Of a stretch of 64,000 bases of DNA, positions 44,501 through 59,585 are shown in pieces. The notes below the pieces were generated by a model, which was given only the letters and a program-made list of their open reading frames with translations, made no database searches and was not told the origin of the DNA. The stretch spans positions 6,634,001 through 6,698,000 of the forward strand of contig JBNRSN020000031.1 in the NCBI GenBank assembly GCA_051313645.2, in the 5' to 3' direction. Origin of the DNA: Centroscyllium fabricii. Taxonomy: Eukaryota. The position numbers and the translations under genes are program-made. The stretch's first letter is position 1. Each line of letters starts with the position of its first letter.

Positions 44501-47500
44501 TCACGTAATCACATGCTGAATTATCATTGGCCTACAGCAATCTGTAAGGACTTCCTATTATATTCACGTAATCACATGCTGAGTTATCATTGGCCCACAG
44601 GCATCTGTAAGGACTACCTATTATATTCACGTAATCACATGCTGAGATATCATTGGCCCACAGGCTTCTGTAAGGACTACCTATTATATTCACGTAATCA
44701 CATGCTAAGTTATCATTGGCCCACAGGCATCTGTAAGGACTACCTTATATATTCACGTAATCACATGCTGAATTATCATTGGCCCACAGGCATCTGTAAG
44801 GACTACCTATTATATTCACGTAATCTCATGCTGAGTTATCATTGGCCCGCAGGCATCTGTAAGGACTACCAATTATATTCACGTGATCACATGCTGAGTT
44901 ATCATTGGCCCACATGCATCTGTAAGGACTACTATTGTAATCACGTAATCAAATGCTGAGTTATCATTGGCCCACAGGCATCTGTAAGGACTACTATTGT
45001 ATTCAAGTAATCACATGCTGAGTTATCATTGGCCCGCAGGCATCTGTAAGGACTACCTATTATATTCACGTAATCACACGCTGAGTTATCTTTGGCCCAC
45101 AGGCATCTGTAAGGACTACTATTATATTCACGTAATCACATGCTGAGTTATCATTGGCCCACTGGCATCGGTAAGGACGACTATTGTATTCACGTAATCA
45201 TATGCCGAGTTATCATTGGCCCTCAGGCATCTGTAAGGACTACCTATTATATTAACGTAATCGCATGCTGAGTTATCATTGGCACACAAGCATCTGTAAG
45301 GACTACCTATTATAATCACGTAATCACATGCTGAGTTATCATTGGCCCACAGGCATCTGTAAGGACTACCTATTATATTCACGTAATCACATGCTGAGTT
45401 ATCATTGGCCAACAGGCATCTGTAAGGACTACCAATTATATTCACGTTATCATATGCTGAGTTATCATCGGCCAACAGACATCTGTAAGGACTACCTATT
45501 GTATTCAAGTAATCACATGCTGAGTTATCATTGGCCCACAGGCATCTGGAAGGACTACCTATTATATTCACGTAATCACATGCTGAGTTATCATTGGCCC
45601 ACAGGCATCTGTAAGGACTACCAATTATATTCAGGTAATCACATGCTGAATTATCATTGGCCCACAGGCATCTGTAAGGACTACCTATTATATTCACGTA
45701 ATCACATGCTGAGTTATCGTTGGCCACAGGCATCTGTAAAGACTACCTATTATATTCACGTAATCACATGCTGAGTTATCATTGGCCCACAGGCATCTGG
45801 AAGGACTACCTATTATATTCACGTAATCACATGCTGAGTTATCATTGGCCCACAGGCATCTGTAAGGACTACCTATTATATTCAGGTAATCACATGCTGA
45901 ATTATCATTGGCCCACAAGCATCTGTAAGGACTACCTATTATATTCACGTTATCACATGCTGAGTTATCATTGGCCCGCAGGCATCTGTAAGGACTATCT
46001 ATTATATTCACGTAATCACATGCTGAGTTATCATTGGCCACAGGCATCTGTAAAGACTACCTATTATATTCACGTAATCACATGCTGAGTTATCATTGGC
46101 ACACAGGCATCTGTAAGGACTACCTTTTATATTCACATAATCACATGCTGAATTATCATTGACCCACAGGCATCTGTAAGGACAACCTGTTATATTCACG
46201 TAATCACATGCTGAGTTATCATTGGCCCACAGGCATCTGTAAGGACAACATATTATATTCACGTAATCACATGCTGAGATATCATTGGCCCACAGGCATC
46301 TGTAAGGACTACCTATTATATTCACGTAATCACATGCTGAGTTATCATTGGCCCACAGGCATCTGTAAGGACTACCTATTATATTCACGTAATCACATGC
46401 TGAGTTATCATTGGCCAACAGGCATCTGTAAGGACTACCAATTATATTCACGTTATCATATGCTGAGTTATCATCGGCCAACAGACATCTGTAAGGACTA
46501 CCTATTGTATTCAAGTAATCACATGCTGAGTTATCATTGGCCCACAGGCATCTGGAAGGACTACCTATTATATTCACGTAATCACATGCTGAGTTATCAT
46601 TGGCCCACAGGCATCTGTAAGGACTACCAATTATATTCAGGTAATCACATGCTGAATTATCATTGGCCCACAGGCATCTGTAAGGACTACCTATTATATT
46701 CACGTAATCACATGCTGAGTTATCATTGGCCCGCAGGCATCTGCAAGGACTACCTATTATATTCACGTAATCACATGCTGAGTTATCATTGGCCACAGGC
46801 ATCTGTAAAGACTACCTATTATATTCACGTAATCACATGCTGAGTTATCATTGGCCCACAGGCATCTGGAAGGACTACCTATTATATTCACGTAATCACA
46901 TGCTGAGTTATCATTGGACCACAGGCATCTGTAAGGACTACCTATTATATTCAGGTAATCACATGCTGAATTATCATTGGCCCACAAGCATCTGTAAGGA
47001 CTACCTATTATATTCACGTTATCACATGCTGAGTTATCATTGGCCCGCAGGCATCTGTAAGGACTATCTATTATATTCACGTAATCACATGCTGAGTTAT
47101 CATTGGCCACAGGCATCTGTAAAGACTACCTATTATATTCACGTAATCACATGCTGAGTTATCATTGGCACACAGGCATCTGTAAGGACTACCTTTTATA
47201 TTCACATAATCACATGCTGAATTATCATTGACCCACAGGCATCTGTAAGGACAACCTGTTATATTCACGTAATCACATGCTGAGTTATCATTGGCCCACA
47301 GGCATCTGTAAGGACAACATATTATATTCACGTAATCACATGCTGAGATATCATTGGCCCACAGGCATCTGTAACGACTACCTATTATATTCACGTAATC
47401 ACATGCTGAGTTATCATTGGCCCACAGGCATCTGTAAGGACTACCTATTATATTCAGGTAATCACATGCAGAATTATCATTGGCCCACAGGCATCTGTAA

Positions 47501-49919
47501 GGACTACCTATTATATTCACGTAATCACATGCTGAGTTATCATTGGCCCGCAGGCATCTGTAAGGACTATCTATTATATTCACGTAATCACATGCTGAGT
47601 TATCATTGGCCACAGGCATCTGTAAAGACTGCCTATTATATTCACGTAATCACATGCTGAGTTATCATTGGCACACAGGCATCTGTAAGGACTACCTTTT
47701 ATATTCACATAATCACATGCTGAATTATCATTGACCCACAGGCATCTGTAAGGACAACCTGTTATATTCACGTAATCACATGCTGAGTTATCATTGGCCC
47801 ACAGGCATCTGTAAGGACTACCTATTATATTCACGTAATCACTTGCTGAGATATCATTGGCCCACAGGCATCTGTAAGGACTACCTATTATATTCACGTA
47901 ATCACATGCTGAGTTATCATTGGCCCACAGGCATCTGTAAGGTCTACCTATTATATTCACGTAATCACATGCTGAATTATCATTGGCCCACAGTCATCTG
48001 TAAGGACTACCTATTATATTCACGTAATCACATGCTGAGTTATCATTGGCCCACAGGCATCTGTAAGGACTACCTATTATATTCACGTCATCCAAGCTGA
48101 GATATCATTGGCCCACTGGCATCAGTAAGGACTACCGATTATATTCACGTAATCACATGCTAATTATCATTGGCCCACAGGCATCTGTAAGGACTACCTA
48201 TTATATTCACGTAATCACATGCTGAATTATCATTGGCCCACAGGCATCTGTAAGGACTACCTATTATATTCACGTAATCACATGCTGAGTTATCATTGGC
48301 CCACAGGCATCTGTAAGGACTACCTATTATATTCACGTAATCACATGCTGAGTTATCATTGGCCCACTGGCATCTGGAAGGACTACCTATTATATTCACG
48401 TAATCACATGCTGAATTATCATTGGACCAAAGTCATCTGTAAGGACTACTATTGTATTCACGTAATCACATGCTGAGTTATCATTGGCTCACAGGCATCT
48501 GTAAGGACTACTTATTATATTCACGTAATCACATGCGGAGTTATCATTGGCCCACAGGCATCTGGAAGGACTACCTATTATATTCACGTAATCACATGCT
48601 GAGTTATCATTGGCCCACAGGCATCTGTAAGGACTACCTATTATATTCAGGTAATCAGATGCTGAATTATCATTGGCCCACAGGCATCTGTAAGGACTAC
48701 CTATTATATTCACGTAATCACATGCTGAGTTATCATTGGCCCGCAGGCATCTGCAAGGACTACCTATTATATTCACGTAATCACATGCTGAGTTATCATT
48801 GGCCACAGGCATCTGTAAAGACTACCTATTATATTCACGTAATCACATGCTGAGTTATCATTGGCCCACAGGCATCTGTAAGGACTACCTTTTATATTCA
48901 CGTAATCACATGCTGAATTATCATTGGCCCACAGGCATCTGTAAGGACTACCTTTTATATTCACGTAATCACATGCTGAATTATCATTGGCCTACAGCAA
49001 TCTGTAAGGACTTCCTATTATATTCACGTAATCACATGCTGAGTTATCATTGGCCCACAGGCATCTGTAAGGACTACCTATTATATTCACGTAATCACAT
49101 GCTGAGATATCATTGGCCCACAGGCATCTGTAAGGACTACCTATTATATTCACGTAATCACATGCTGAATTATCATTGGGCCACAGGCATCTGTAAGGAC
49201 TACCTATTATATTCACGTAATCACATGCTGAGTTATCATTGGCCCGCAGGCATCTGTAAGGACTACCAATTATATTCACGTGATCACATGCTGAGTTATT
49301 GGCCCACAGGCATCTGTAAGGACTACTATTGTAATCACGTAACCAAATGCTGAGTTATCATTGGCCCACAGGCATCTGTAAGGACTACTATTGTATTCAA
49401 GTAATCACATGCTGAGTTATCATTGGCCCGCAGGCATCTGTAAGGACTACCTATTATATTCACGTAATCACACGCTGAGTTATCATTGGCCCACAGGCAT
49501 CTGTAAGGACTACTATTATATTCACGTAATCACATGCTGAGTTATCATTGGCCCACTGGCATCGGTAAGGACGACTATTGTATTCACGTAATCAAATGCT
49601 GAGTTATCATTGCCCCCAGGCATCTGTATGGTCTACTATTGTGTTCACGTAATCACATGCTGAGTTATCATTGGCCCGCAGGCATCTGTAAGAACTACTA
49701 TTATATTCACGTAATCATATGCCGAGTTATCATTGGCCCTCAGGCATCTGTAAGGACTACCTATTATATTCACGTAATCGCATGCTGAGTTATCATTGGC
49801 ACACAAGCATCTGTAAGGACTACCTATTATATTCACGTAATCACATGCTGAGTTATCATTGGCCAACAAGCATCTGTAAGGACTACCAATTATATTCACG
49901 TTATCATATGCTGAGTTAT

Positions 49920-51125
49920 AGAACATAGAACATAGAACATACAGCACTGTACAGGCTCTTGGGCCCTCAATGTAGTGCCGCCCTTATTCCGTCTCTGATT
50001 TTTCCTGTCCCCCCTACTGTTCCTTCCCTTCCATGTACCTGTCTATCATCCTTTTAAAAGCACCCAGACTGTCCGCATCCACTATTTCAGATGGTAGCCT
50101 ATTCCATTCCCCGACCACTCTTTGTGTGAAGAACTTGCCCCTGCCATCCCGTCTGAATCTTCCTCCTTGAATCTTGTGCTCGTGTCCTCTTGTTGTCGTT
50201 CTTCCCGCCCGGGGAAACAGTCTTTGCACATTTACTCTGTCGATCCCCTTCATCATTTTATACATCTCTATCAGGTCCCCCCTCTTCCTTCTTCGTTCCA
50301 GGGAGAAGAGTCCCAGTTCCCTTAACCGTTCCTCGTATGACTTTCCCCCCATTCCCGGCAGCATCCTGGTGAATCTCCTCTGCACTCTTTCCAGTGCCTC
50401 CACATCCCTCCTGTAGTACGGTGCCCAGAACTGCTCACAGTACTCCACGTGTGGTCTCACCAGTGACCTGTACAACTGCAGCATGACCTCCCGGTTCTTA
50501 AACTCTATTCCCCTGTTGATGAAGGCCAATACACCATAGGCCTTTTTTACTGCTTTGTCCACTTGGGTGGCAGCCTTCAGTGATCTGTGTACATATAGTC
50601 CCAGATCCCTTTGCTCCTCTGCTTCACTCAGGATCCTGCCGTTGACCCTATATTCCCTCTTCCTATTTGCCCTGCCGAAGTGCATCACCTCGCATTTCCC
50701 CTTGTTGAACTCCATTTGCCATTCTTCAGCCCAGCTCTGCATCCTGTCTATATCCCTCTGAATCGTTCTACTCCCTTCCTCCTCATCCACTACTCCCCCA
50801 ATCTTTGTGTCATCCGCAAATTTGCTGACCCACCCCTCAGCCCCCTCCTCCAAGTCATTGATGAAGATTACAAACAGTAGTGGCCCCAACACCGACCCCT
50901 GTGGTACCCCGCTGGTGACCGGTCTCCAGCTCGAGTATTGGCCTTCTACCACTACCCTCTGCTTCCTCTGAGCCAGCCAGTTCTCAATCCATCCCACCAC
51001 TTTGCTGCTTACCCCGCAACTCCTTACTTTCTTCATGAGCCGACCGTGCGGGACCTTGTCGAACGCCTTGCTGAAGTCCATATATATGACATCAACCGCC
51101 TTTCCCTCGTCCACACTCTTGGTCT
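49920..51125 (-). mobile_element. 5'-truncated CR1-clade LINE (ORF2 RT C-terminus, 3' UTR, (GTTCTAT)n tail)
   Basis: RT motifs DFSKAFDKVPH, GVPQGSVLGPLLF and FADD; CR1-type C-terminus (LERVQRRFTRM, LFSLERRR.RGDLIE). The minus-strand 3' end reads GGGCCCAAGAGCCTGTACAGTGCTGTAT(GTTCTAT)3. The element splits a monomer at GAGTTAT|CATCGG. Confidence 0.96.
50014..51125 (-). pseudogene. CR1 ORF2 fragment (about 370 codons, reverse transcriptase; no endonuclease or RT N-terminus)
   Basis: Uninterrupted frame from TKSVDEGKAVDVIYMDFSKAFD to the stop at 50014-50016; part of track ORF 50014..51456. Confidence 0.92.
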
Positions 51126-53309
51126 CATCGGCCAACAGACATCTGTAAGGACTACCTATTGTATTCAAGTAATCACATGCTGAGTTATCATTGGCCCACA
51201 GGCATCTGGAAGGACTACCTATTATATTCACGTAATCACATGCTGAGTTATCATTGGCCCACAGGCATCTGTAAGGACTACCTATTATATTCAGGTAATC
51301 ACATGCTGAATTATCATTGGCCCACAGGCATCTGTAAGGACTACCTATTATATTCACGTAATCACATGCTGAGTTATCATTGGCCCGCAGGCATCTGCAA
51401 GGACTACCTATTATATTCACGTAATCACATGCTGAGTTATCATTGGCCACAGGCATCTGTAAAGACTACCTATTATATTCACGTAATCACATGCTGAGTT
51501 ATCATTGGCCCACAGGCATCTGTAAGGACTACCTATTATATTCAGGTAATCACATGCTGAATTATCATTGGCCCACAGGCATCTGTAAGGGCTACCTATT
51601 ATATTCACGTAATCACATGCTGAGTTATCATTGGCCCGCAGGCATCTGTAAGGACTATCTATTATATTCACGTAATCACATGCTGAGTTATCATTGGCCA
51701 CAGGCATCTGTAAAGACTACCTATTATATTCACGTAATCACATGCTGAGTTATCATTGGCACACAGGCATCTGTAAGGACTACCTTTTATATTCACATAA
51801 TCACATGCTGAATTATCATTGACCCACAGGCATCTGTAAGGACAACCTGTTATATTCACGTAATCACATGCTGAGTTATCATTGGCCCACAGGCATCTGT
51901 AAGGACTACCTATTATATTCACGTAATCACATGCTGAGATATCATTGGCCCACAGGCATCTGTAAGGACTACCTATTATATTCACGTAATCACATGCTGA
52001 GTTATCATTGGCCCACAGGCATCTGTAAGGACTACCTATTATATTCACGTAATCACATGCTGAATTATCATTGGCCCACAGTCATCTGTAAGGACTACCT
52101 ATTATATTCACGTAATCACATGCTGAGTTATCATTGGCCCACAGGCATCTGTAAGGACTACCTATTATATTCACGTAATCCAACCTGAGATATCATTGGC
52201 CCACAGGCATCTGTAAGGACTACCGATTATATTCACGTAATCACATGCTGAGTTATCATTGGCCCACTGGCATCTGGAAGGACTACCTATTATATTCACG
52301 TAATCACATGCTGAATTATCATTGGCCCACTGGCATCTGGAAGGACTACCTATTATATTCACGTAATCACATGCTGAATTATCATTGGACCAAAGTCATC
52401 TGTAAGGACTACTATTGTATTCACGTAATCACATGCTGAGTTATCATTGGCCCACAGGCATCTGTAAGGACTACTTATTATATTCACGTAATCACATGCT
52501 GAGTTATCATTGGCCCACAGGCATCTGGAAGGACTACCTATTATATTCACGTAATCACATGCTGAGTTATCATTGGCCCACAGGCATCTGTAAGGACTAC
52601 CTATTATATTCAGGTAATCACATGCTGAATTATCATTGGCCCACAGGCATCTGTAAGGACTACCTATTATATTCACGTAATCACATGCTGAGTTATCATT
52701 GGCCCGCAGGCATCTGCAAGGACTACCTATTATATTCACGTAATCACATGCTGAGTTATCATTGGCCACAGGCATCTGTAAAGACTACCTATTATATTCA
52801 CGTAATCACATGCTGAGTTATCATTGGCCCACAGGCATCTGTAAGGACTACCTTTTATATTCACGTAATCACATTCTGAATTATCATTGGCCCACAGGCA
52901 TCTGTAAGGACTACCTTTTATATTCACGTAATCACATGCTGAATTATCATTGGCCTACAGCAATCTGTAAGGACTTCCTATTATAATCACGTAATCACAT
53001 GCTGAGTTATCATTGGCCCACAGGCATCTGTAAGGACTACCTATTATATTCACGTAATCACATGCTGAGATATTATTGGCCCACAGGCATCTGTAAGGAC
53101 TACCTATTATATTCACGTAATCACATGCTAAGATATCATTGGCCCACAGGCATCTGGAAGGACTACCTATTATATTCACGTAAAAACATGCTGAATTATC
53201 ATTGGCCCACAGGCATCTGTAAGGGCTACCTATTATATTCACGTAATCACATGCTGAGTTATCATTGGCGCGCAGGCATCTGTAAGGACTACCAATTATA
53301 TTCACGTGA

Positions 53310-56300
53310 TCACATGCTGAGTTATCATTGGCCCACAGGCATCTGTAAGGACTACTATTGTAATCACGTAAACAAATGCTGAGTTATCATTGGAAGACAG
53401 GCATCTGTAAGGACTACTATTGTATTCAAGTAATCACATGCTGAGTTATCATTGGCCCGCAGGCATCTGTAAGGACTACCTATTATATTCACGTAATCAC
53501 ACGCTGAGTTATCATTGGCCCACAGGCATCTGTAAGGACTACTATTATATTCACTTAATCACATGCTGAGTTATCATTGGCCCACTGGCATCTGTATGGT
53601 CTACTATTGTATTCACGTAATCACATGCTGAGTTATCATTGGCCCGCAGGCATTTGTAAGAACTACTATTATATTCACGTAATCATATGCCGAGTTATCA
53701 TTGGCCCTCAGGCATCTGTAAGGACTACCTATTATATTCACGTAATCGCATGCTGAGTTATCATTGGCACACAAGCATCTGTAAGGACTACCTATTATAA
53801 TCACATAATCACATGCTGAGTTATCATTGGCCCACAGGCATCTGTAAGGACTACCTATTATATTCACGTAATCACATGCTGAGTTATCATTGGCCAACAG
53901 GCATCTGTAACGACTACCAATTATATTCACGTTATCATATGCTGAGTTATCATCGGCCAACAGACATCTGTAAGGACTACCTATTGTTTTCAAGTAATCA
54001 CATGCTGAGCTATCATTGGCCCACAGGCATCTGGAAGGACTACCTATTATATTCACGTAATCACATGCTGAGTTATCATTGGCCCACAGGCATCTGTAAG
54101 GACTACCTATTATATTCAGGTAATCACATGCTGAATTATCATTGGCCCACAGGCATCTGTAAGGACTACCTATTATATTCACGTAATCACATGCTAAGTT
54201 ATCATTGGCCCGCAGGCATCTGCAAGGACTACCTATTATATTCACGTAATCACATGCTGAGTTATCATTGGCCACAGGCATCTGTAAAGACTACCTATTA
54301 TATTCACGTAATCACATGCTGAGTTATCATTGGCCCACAGGCATCTTTAAGGACTACCTTTTATATTCACGTAATCACATGCTGAATTATCATTGGCCCA
54401 CAGGCATCTGTAAGGACAACCTGTTATATTCTCGTAATCACATGCTGAGTTATCATTGGCCCACAGGCATCTGTAAGGACTACCTATTATATTCACGTAA
54501 TCACATGCTGAGTTATCATTGGCCCACAGGCATCTGGAAGGACTACCTATTATATTCACGTAATCACATGCTGAGTTATCATTGGCCCACAGGCATCTGT
54601 AAGGCCTACCTGTTATATAGACGTAATCACATGCTGAGTTATCATTGGCCCACAGGCATTTGTAAGGACTACCTATTATATTCACGTAATCACATGCTGA
54701 GTTATCATTGGCCCACAGGCATTTGTAAGGGCTACCTTTTATATTCACGTAATCACATGCTGAATTATCATTGGCCCACAGCAATCTGTAAGGACTTCCT
54801 ATTATATTCACGTAATCACATGCTGAGATATCATTGGCCCACAGGCATCTGTAAGGACTACCTATTATATTCACGTAATCACATGCTGAGTTAATATTGG
54901 CCCACAGGCATCTGTAAGGGCTACTATTGTAATCACGTAACCAAATGCTGAGTTATCATTGGCCCACAGGCATCTGTAAGGACTACTATTGTATTCAAGT
55001 AATCACATGCTGAGTTATCATTGGCCCGCAGGCATCTGTAAGGACTACCTATTATATTCACCTAATCACACGCTGAGTTATCATTGGCCCACAGGCATCT
55101 GTAAGGACTACTATTATATTCACGTAATCACATGCTGAGTTATCATTGGCCCACTGGCATCTGTAAGGACGACTATTGTATTCAAGTAATCAAATGCTGA
55201 GTTATCATTGGCCCCCAGGCATCTGTAAGGACTACCTATTATATTCAGGTAATCACATGCTGAATTATCATTGGCCCACAGGCATCTGTAAGGACTACCT
55301 ATTATATTCATGTAATCACATGCTGAGTTATCATTGGCCCGCAGGCATCTGCAAGGACTACCTATTATATTCACGTAATCACATGCTGAGTTATCATTGG
55401 CCCACAGGCATCTGTAAGGACTACCTATTATATTCACGTAATCACATGCTGAGTTATCATTGGCCCGCAGGCATCTGCAAGGACTACCTATTATATTCAC
55501 GTAATCACATGCTGAGTTATCATTGGCCAAAGGCATCTGTAAAGACTACCTATTATATTCACGTAATCACATGCTGAGTTATCATTGGCCCACAGTCATC
55601 TTTAAGGACTACCTTTTATATTCACGTAATCACATGCTGAATTATCATTGGCCCACAGGCATCTGTAAGGACAACCTGTTATATTCACGTAATCACATGC
55701 TGAGTTATCATTGGCCCACAGGCATCTGTAAGGACTACCTATTATATTCACGTAATCACATGCTGAGATATCATTGGCCCAAAGGCATCTGTAAGGACTA
55801 CCTATTATATTCACGTAATCACATGCTGAGTTATCATCGGCCCACAGGCATCTGTAAGGACTAACTATTATATTCACGTAATCACATGCTGAATTTTCAT
55901 TTGCCCAAAGTCACTTGTAAGGACTACCTATTATATTCACGTAATCACATGCTGAGTTATCATTGGCCGACAGGCATCTGTAAAGATTACCTATTATATT
56001 CACGTAATCAAAGCTGAGATATAATTGGCCCACAGGCATCTGTAAGGACTACCGATTATATTCACGTAATCACATGCTGAGTTATCATTGGCCAACAGGC
56101 ATCTGTAAGGACTACCTATTATATTCACATAATCACATGCTGAGTTATCATTGGCCAACAGGCATCTGTAAGGACTACCAATTATATTCACGTAATCATA
56201 TGCTGAGTTATCATCGGCCAACAGACATCTGTAAGGACTACCTATTGTATTCAAGTGATCACATGCTGAGTTATCATTGGCCCACAGGCATCTGTAAGGA

Positions 56301-59300
56301 CTACTATTGTAATCACGTAACCAAATGCTGAGTTATCATTGGAAGACAGGCATCTGTAAGGACTACTATTGTATTCAAGTAATCACATGCTGAGTTATCA
56401 TTGGCCCGCAGGCATCTGTAAGGACTACCTATTATATTCACGTAATCACACGCTGAGTTATCATTGGCCCACAGGCATCTGTAAGGACTACTATTATATT
56501 CACTTAATCACATGCTGAGTTATCATTGGCCCACTGGCATCTGTATGGTCTACTATTGTATTCACGTAATCACATGCTGAGTTATCATTGGCCCGCAGGC
56601 ATTTGTAAGAACTACTATTATATTCACGTAATCATATGCCGAGTTATCATTGGCCCTCAGGCATCTGTAAGGACTACCTATTATATTCACGTAATCGCAT
56701 GCTGAGTTATCATTGGCACACAAGCATCTGTAAGGACTACCTATTATAATCACATAATCACATGCTGAGTTATCATTGGCCCACAGGCATCTGTAAGGAC
56801 TACCTATTATATTCACGTAATCACATGCTGAGTTATCATTGGCCAACAGGCATCTGTAACGACTACCAATTATATTCACGTTATCATATGCTGAGTTATC
56901 ATCGGCCAACAGACATCTGTAAGGACTACCTATTGTTTTCAAGTAATCACATGCTGAGCTATCATTAGCCCACAGGCATCTGGAAGGACTACCTATTATA
57001 TTCACGTAATCACATGCTGAGTTATCATTGGCCCACAGGCATCTGTAAGGACTACCTATTATATTCAGGTAATCACATGCTGAATTATCATTGTCCCACA
57101 GGCATCTGTAAGGACTACCTATTATATTCACGTAATCACATGCTGAGTTATCATTGGCCCGCAGGCATCTGCAAGGACTACCTATTATATTCACGTAATC
57201 ACATGCTGAGTTATCATTGGCCACAGGCATCTGTAAAGACTACCTATTATATTCACGTAATCACATGCTGAGTTATCATTGGCCCACAGGCATCTTTAAG
57301 GACTACCTTTTATATTCACGTAATCACATGCTGAATTATCATTGGCCCACAGGCATCTGTAAGGACAACCTGTTATATTCTCGTAATCACATGCTGAGTT
57401 ATCATTGGCCCACAGGCATCTGTAAGGACTACCTATTATATTCAGGTAATCACATGCTGAATTATCATTGGCCCACAGGCATCTGTAAGGACTACCTATT
57501 ATATTCACGTAATCACATGCTGAGTTATCATTGGCCCGCAGGCATCTGCAAGGACTACCTATTATATTCACGTAATCACATGCTGAGTTATCATTGGCCA
57601 CAGGCATCTGTAAAGACTACCTATTATATTCACGTAATCACATGCTGAGTTATCATTGGCCCACAGGCATCTTTAAGGACTACCTTTTATATTCACGTAA
57701 TCACATGCTGAATTATCATTGGCCCACAGGCATCTGTAAGGACAACCTGTTATATTCTCGTAATCACATGCTGAGTTATCATTGGCCCACAGGCATCTGT
57801 AAGGACTACCTATTATATTCACGTAATCACATGCTGAGTTATCATTGGCCCACAGGCATCTGGAAGGACTACCTATTATATTCACGTAATCACATGCTGA
57901 GTTATCATTGGCCCACAGGCATCTGTAAGGCCTACCTGTTATATAGACGTAATCACATGCTGAGTTATCATTGGCCCACAGGCATTTGTAAGGACTACCT
58001 ATTATATTCACGTAATCACATGCTGAGTTATCATTGGCCCACAGGCATCTGTAAGGGCTACCTTTTATATTCACGTAATCACATGCTGAATTATCATTGG
58101 CCCACAGCAATCTGTAAGGACTTCCTATTATATTCACGTAATCACATGCTGAGATATCATTGGCCCACAGGCATCTGTAAGGACTACCTATTATATTCAC
58201 GTAATCACATGCTGAGTTATCATTGGCCCACAGGCATCTGTAAGGACTACTATTGTAATCACGTAACCAAATGCTGAGTTATCATTGGCCCACAGGCATC
58301 TGTAAGGACTACTATTGTATTCAAGTAATCACATGCTGAGTTATCATTGGCCCGCAGGCATCTGTAAGGACTACCTATTATATTCACCTAATCACACGCT
58401 GAGTTATCATTGGCCCACAGGCATCTGTAAGGACTACTATTATATTCACGTAATCACATGCTGAGTTATCATTGGCCCACTGGCATCTGTAAGGACGACT
58501 ATTGTATTCACGTAATCAAATGCTGAGTTATCATTGGCCCCCAGGCATCTGTAAGGACTACCTATTATATTCAGGTAATCACATGCTGAATTATCATTGG
58601 CCCACAGGCATCTGTAAGGACTACCTATTATATTCATGTAATCACATGCTGAGTTATCATTGGCCCGCAGGCATCTGCAAGGACTACCTATTATATTCAC
58701 GTAATCACATGCTGAGTTATCATTGGCCCACAGGCATCTGTAAGGACTACCTATTATATTCACGTAATCACATGCTGAGTTATCATTGGCCCGCAGGCAT
58801 CTGCAAGGACTACCTATTATATTCACGTAATCACATGCTGAGTTATCATTGGCCAAAGGCATCTGTAAAGACTACCTATTATATTCACGTAATCACATGC
58901 TGAGTTATCATTGGCCCACAGTCATCTTTAAGGACTACCTTTTATATTCACGTAATCACATGCTGAATTATCATTGGCCCACAGGCATCTGTAAGGACAA
59001 CCTGTTATATTCACGTAATCACATGCTGAGTTATCATTGGCCCACAGGCATCTGTAAGGACTACCTATTATATTCACGTAATCACATGCTGAGATATCAT
59101 TGGCCCAAAGGCATCTGTAAGGACTACCTATTATATTCACGTAATCACATGCTGAGTTATCATCGGCCCACAGGCATCTGTAAGGACTAACTATTATATT
59201 CACGTAATCACATGCTGAATTTTCATTTGCCCAAAGTCACTTGTAAGGACTACCTATTATATTCACGTAATCACATGCTGAGTTATCATTGGCCGACAGG

Positions 59301-59585
59301 CATCTGTAAAGATTACCTATTATATTCACGTAATCAAAGCTGAGATATAATTGGCCCACAGGCATCTGTAAGGACTACCGATTATATTCACGTAATCACA
59401 TGCTGAGTTATCATTGGCCAACAGGCATCTGTAAGGACTACCTATTATATTCACATAATCACATGCTGAGTTATCATTGGCCAACAGGCATCTGTAAGGA
59501 CTACCAATTATATTCACGTAATCATATGCTGAGTTATCATCGGCCAACAGACATCTGTAAGGACTACCTATTGTATTCAAGTAAT
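53310..59585. repeat. ~2.95/3.3-kb tandem duplication of a satellite block, with an internal 377-bp duplication in the second copy
   Basis: Markers TGGAAGACAG 53391/56340 (offset 2949), GGCCTACCTGTTATATAGAC 54603/57929 and TTGCCCAAAGTCACTTG 55901/59227 (offset 3326). Boundaries approximate. Confidence 0.8.

Noticed and set aside
50122-51183. Short plus-strand ORFs over the LINE
   Set aside because: Antisense shadows of the CR1 RT frame.
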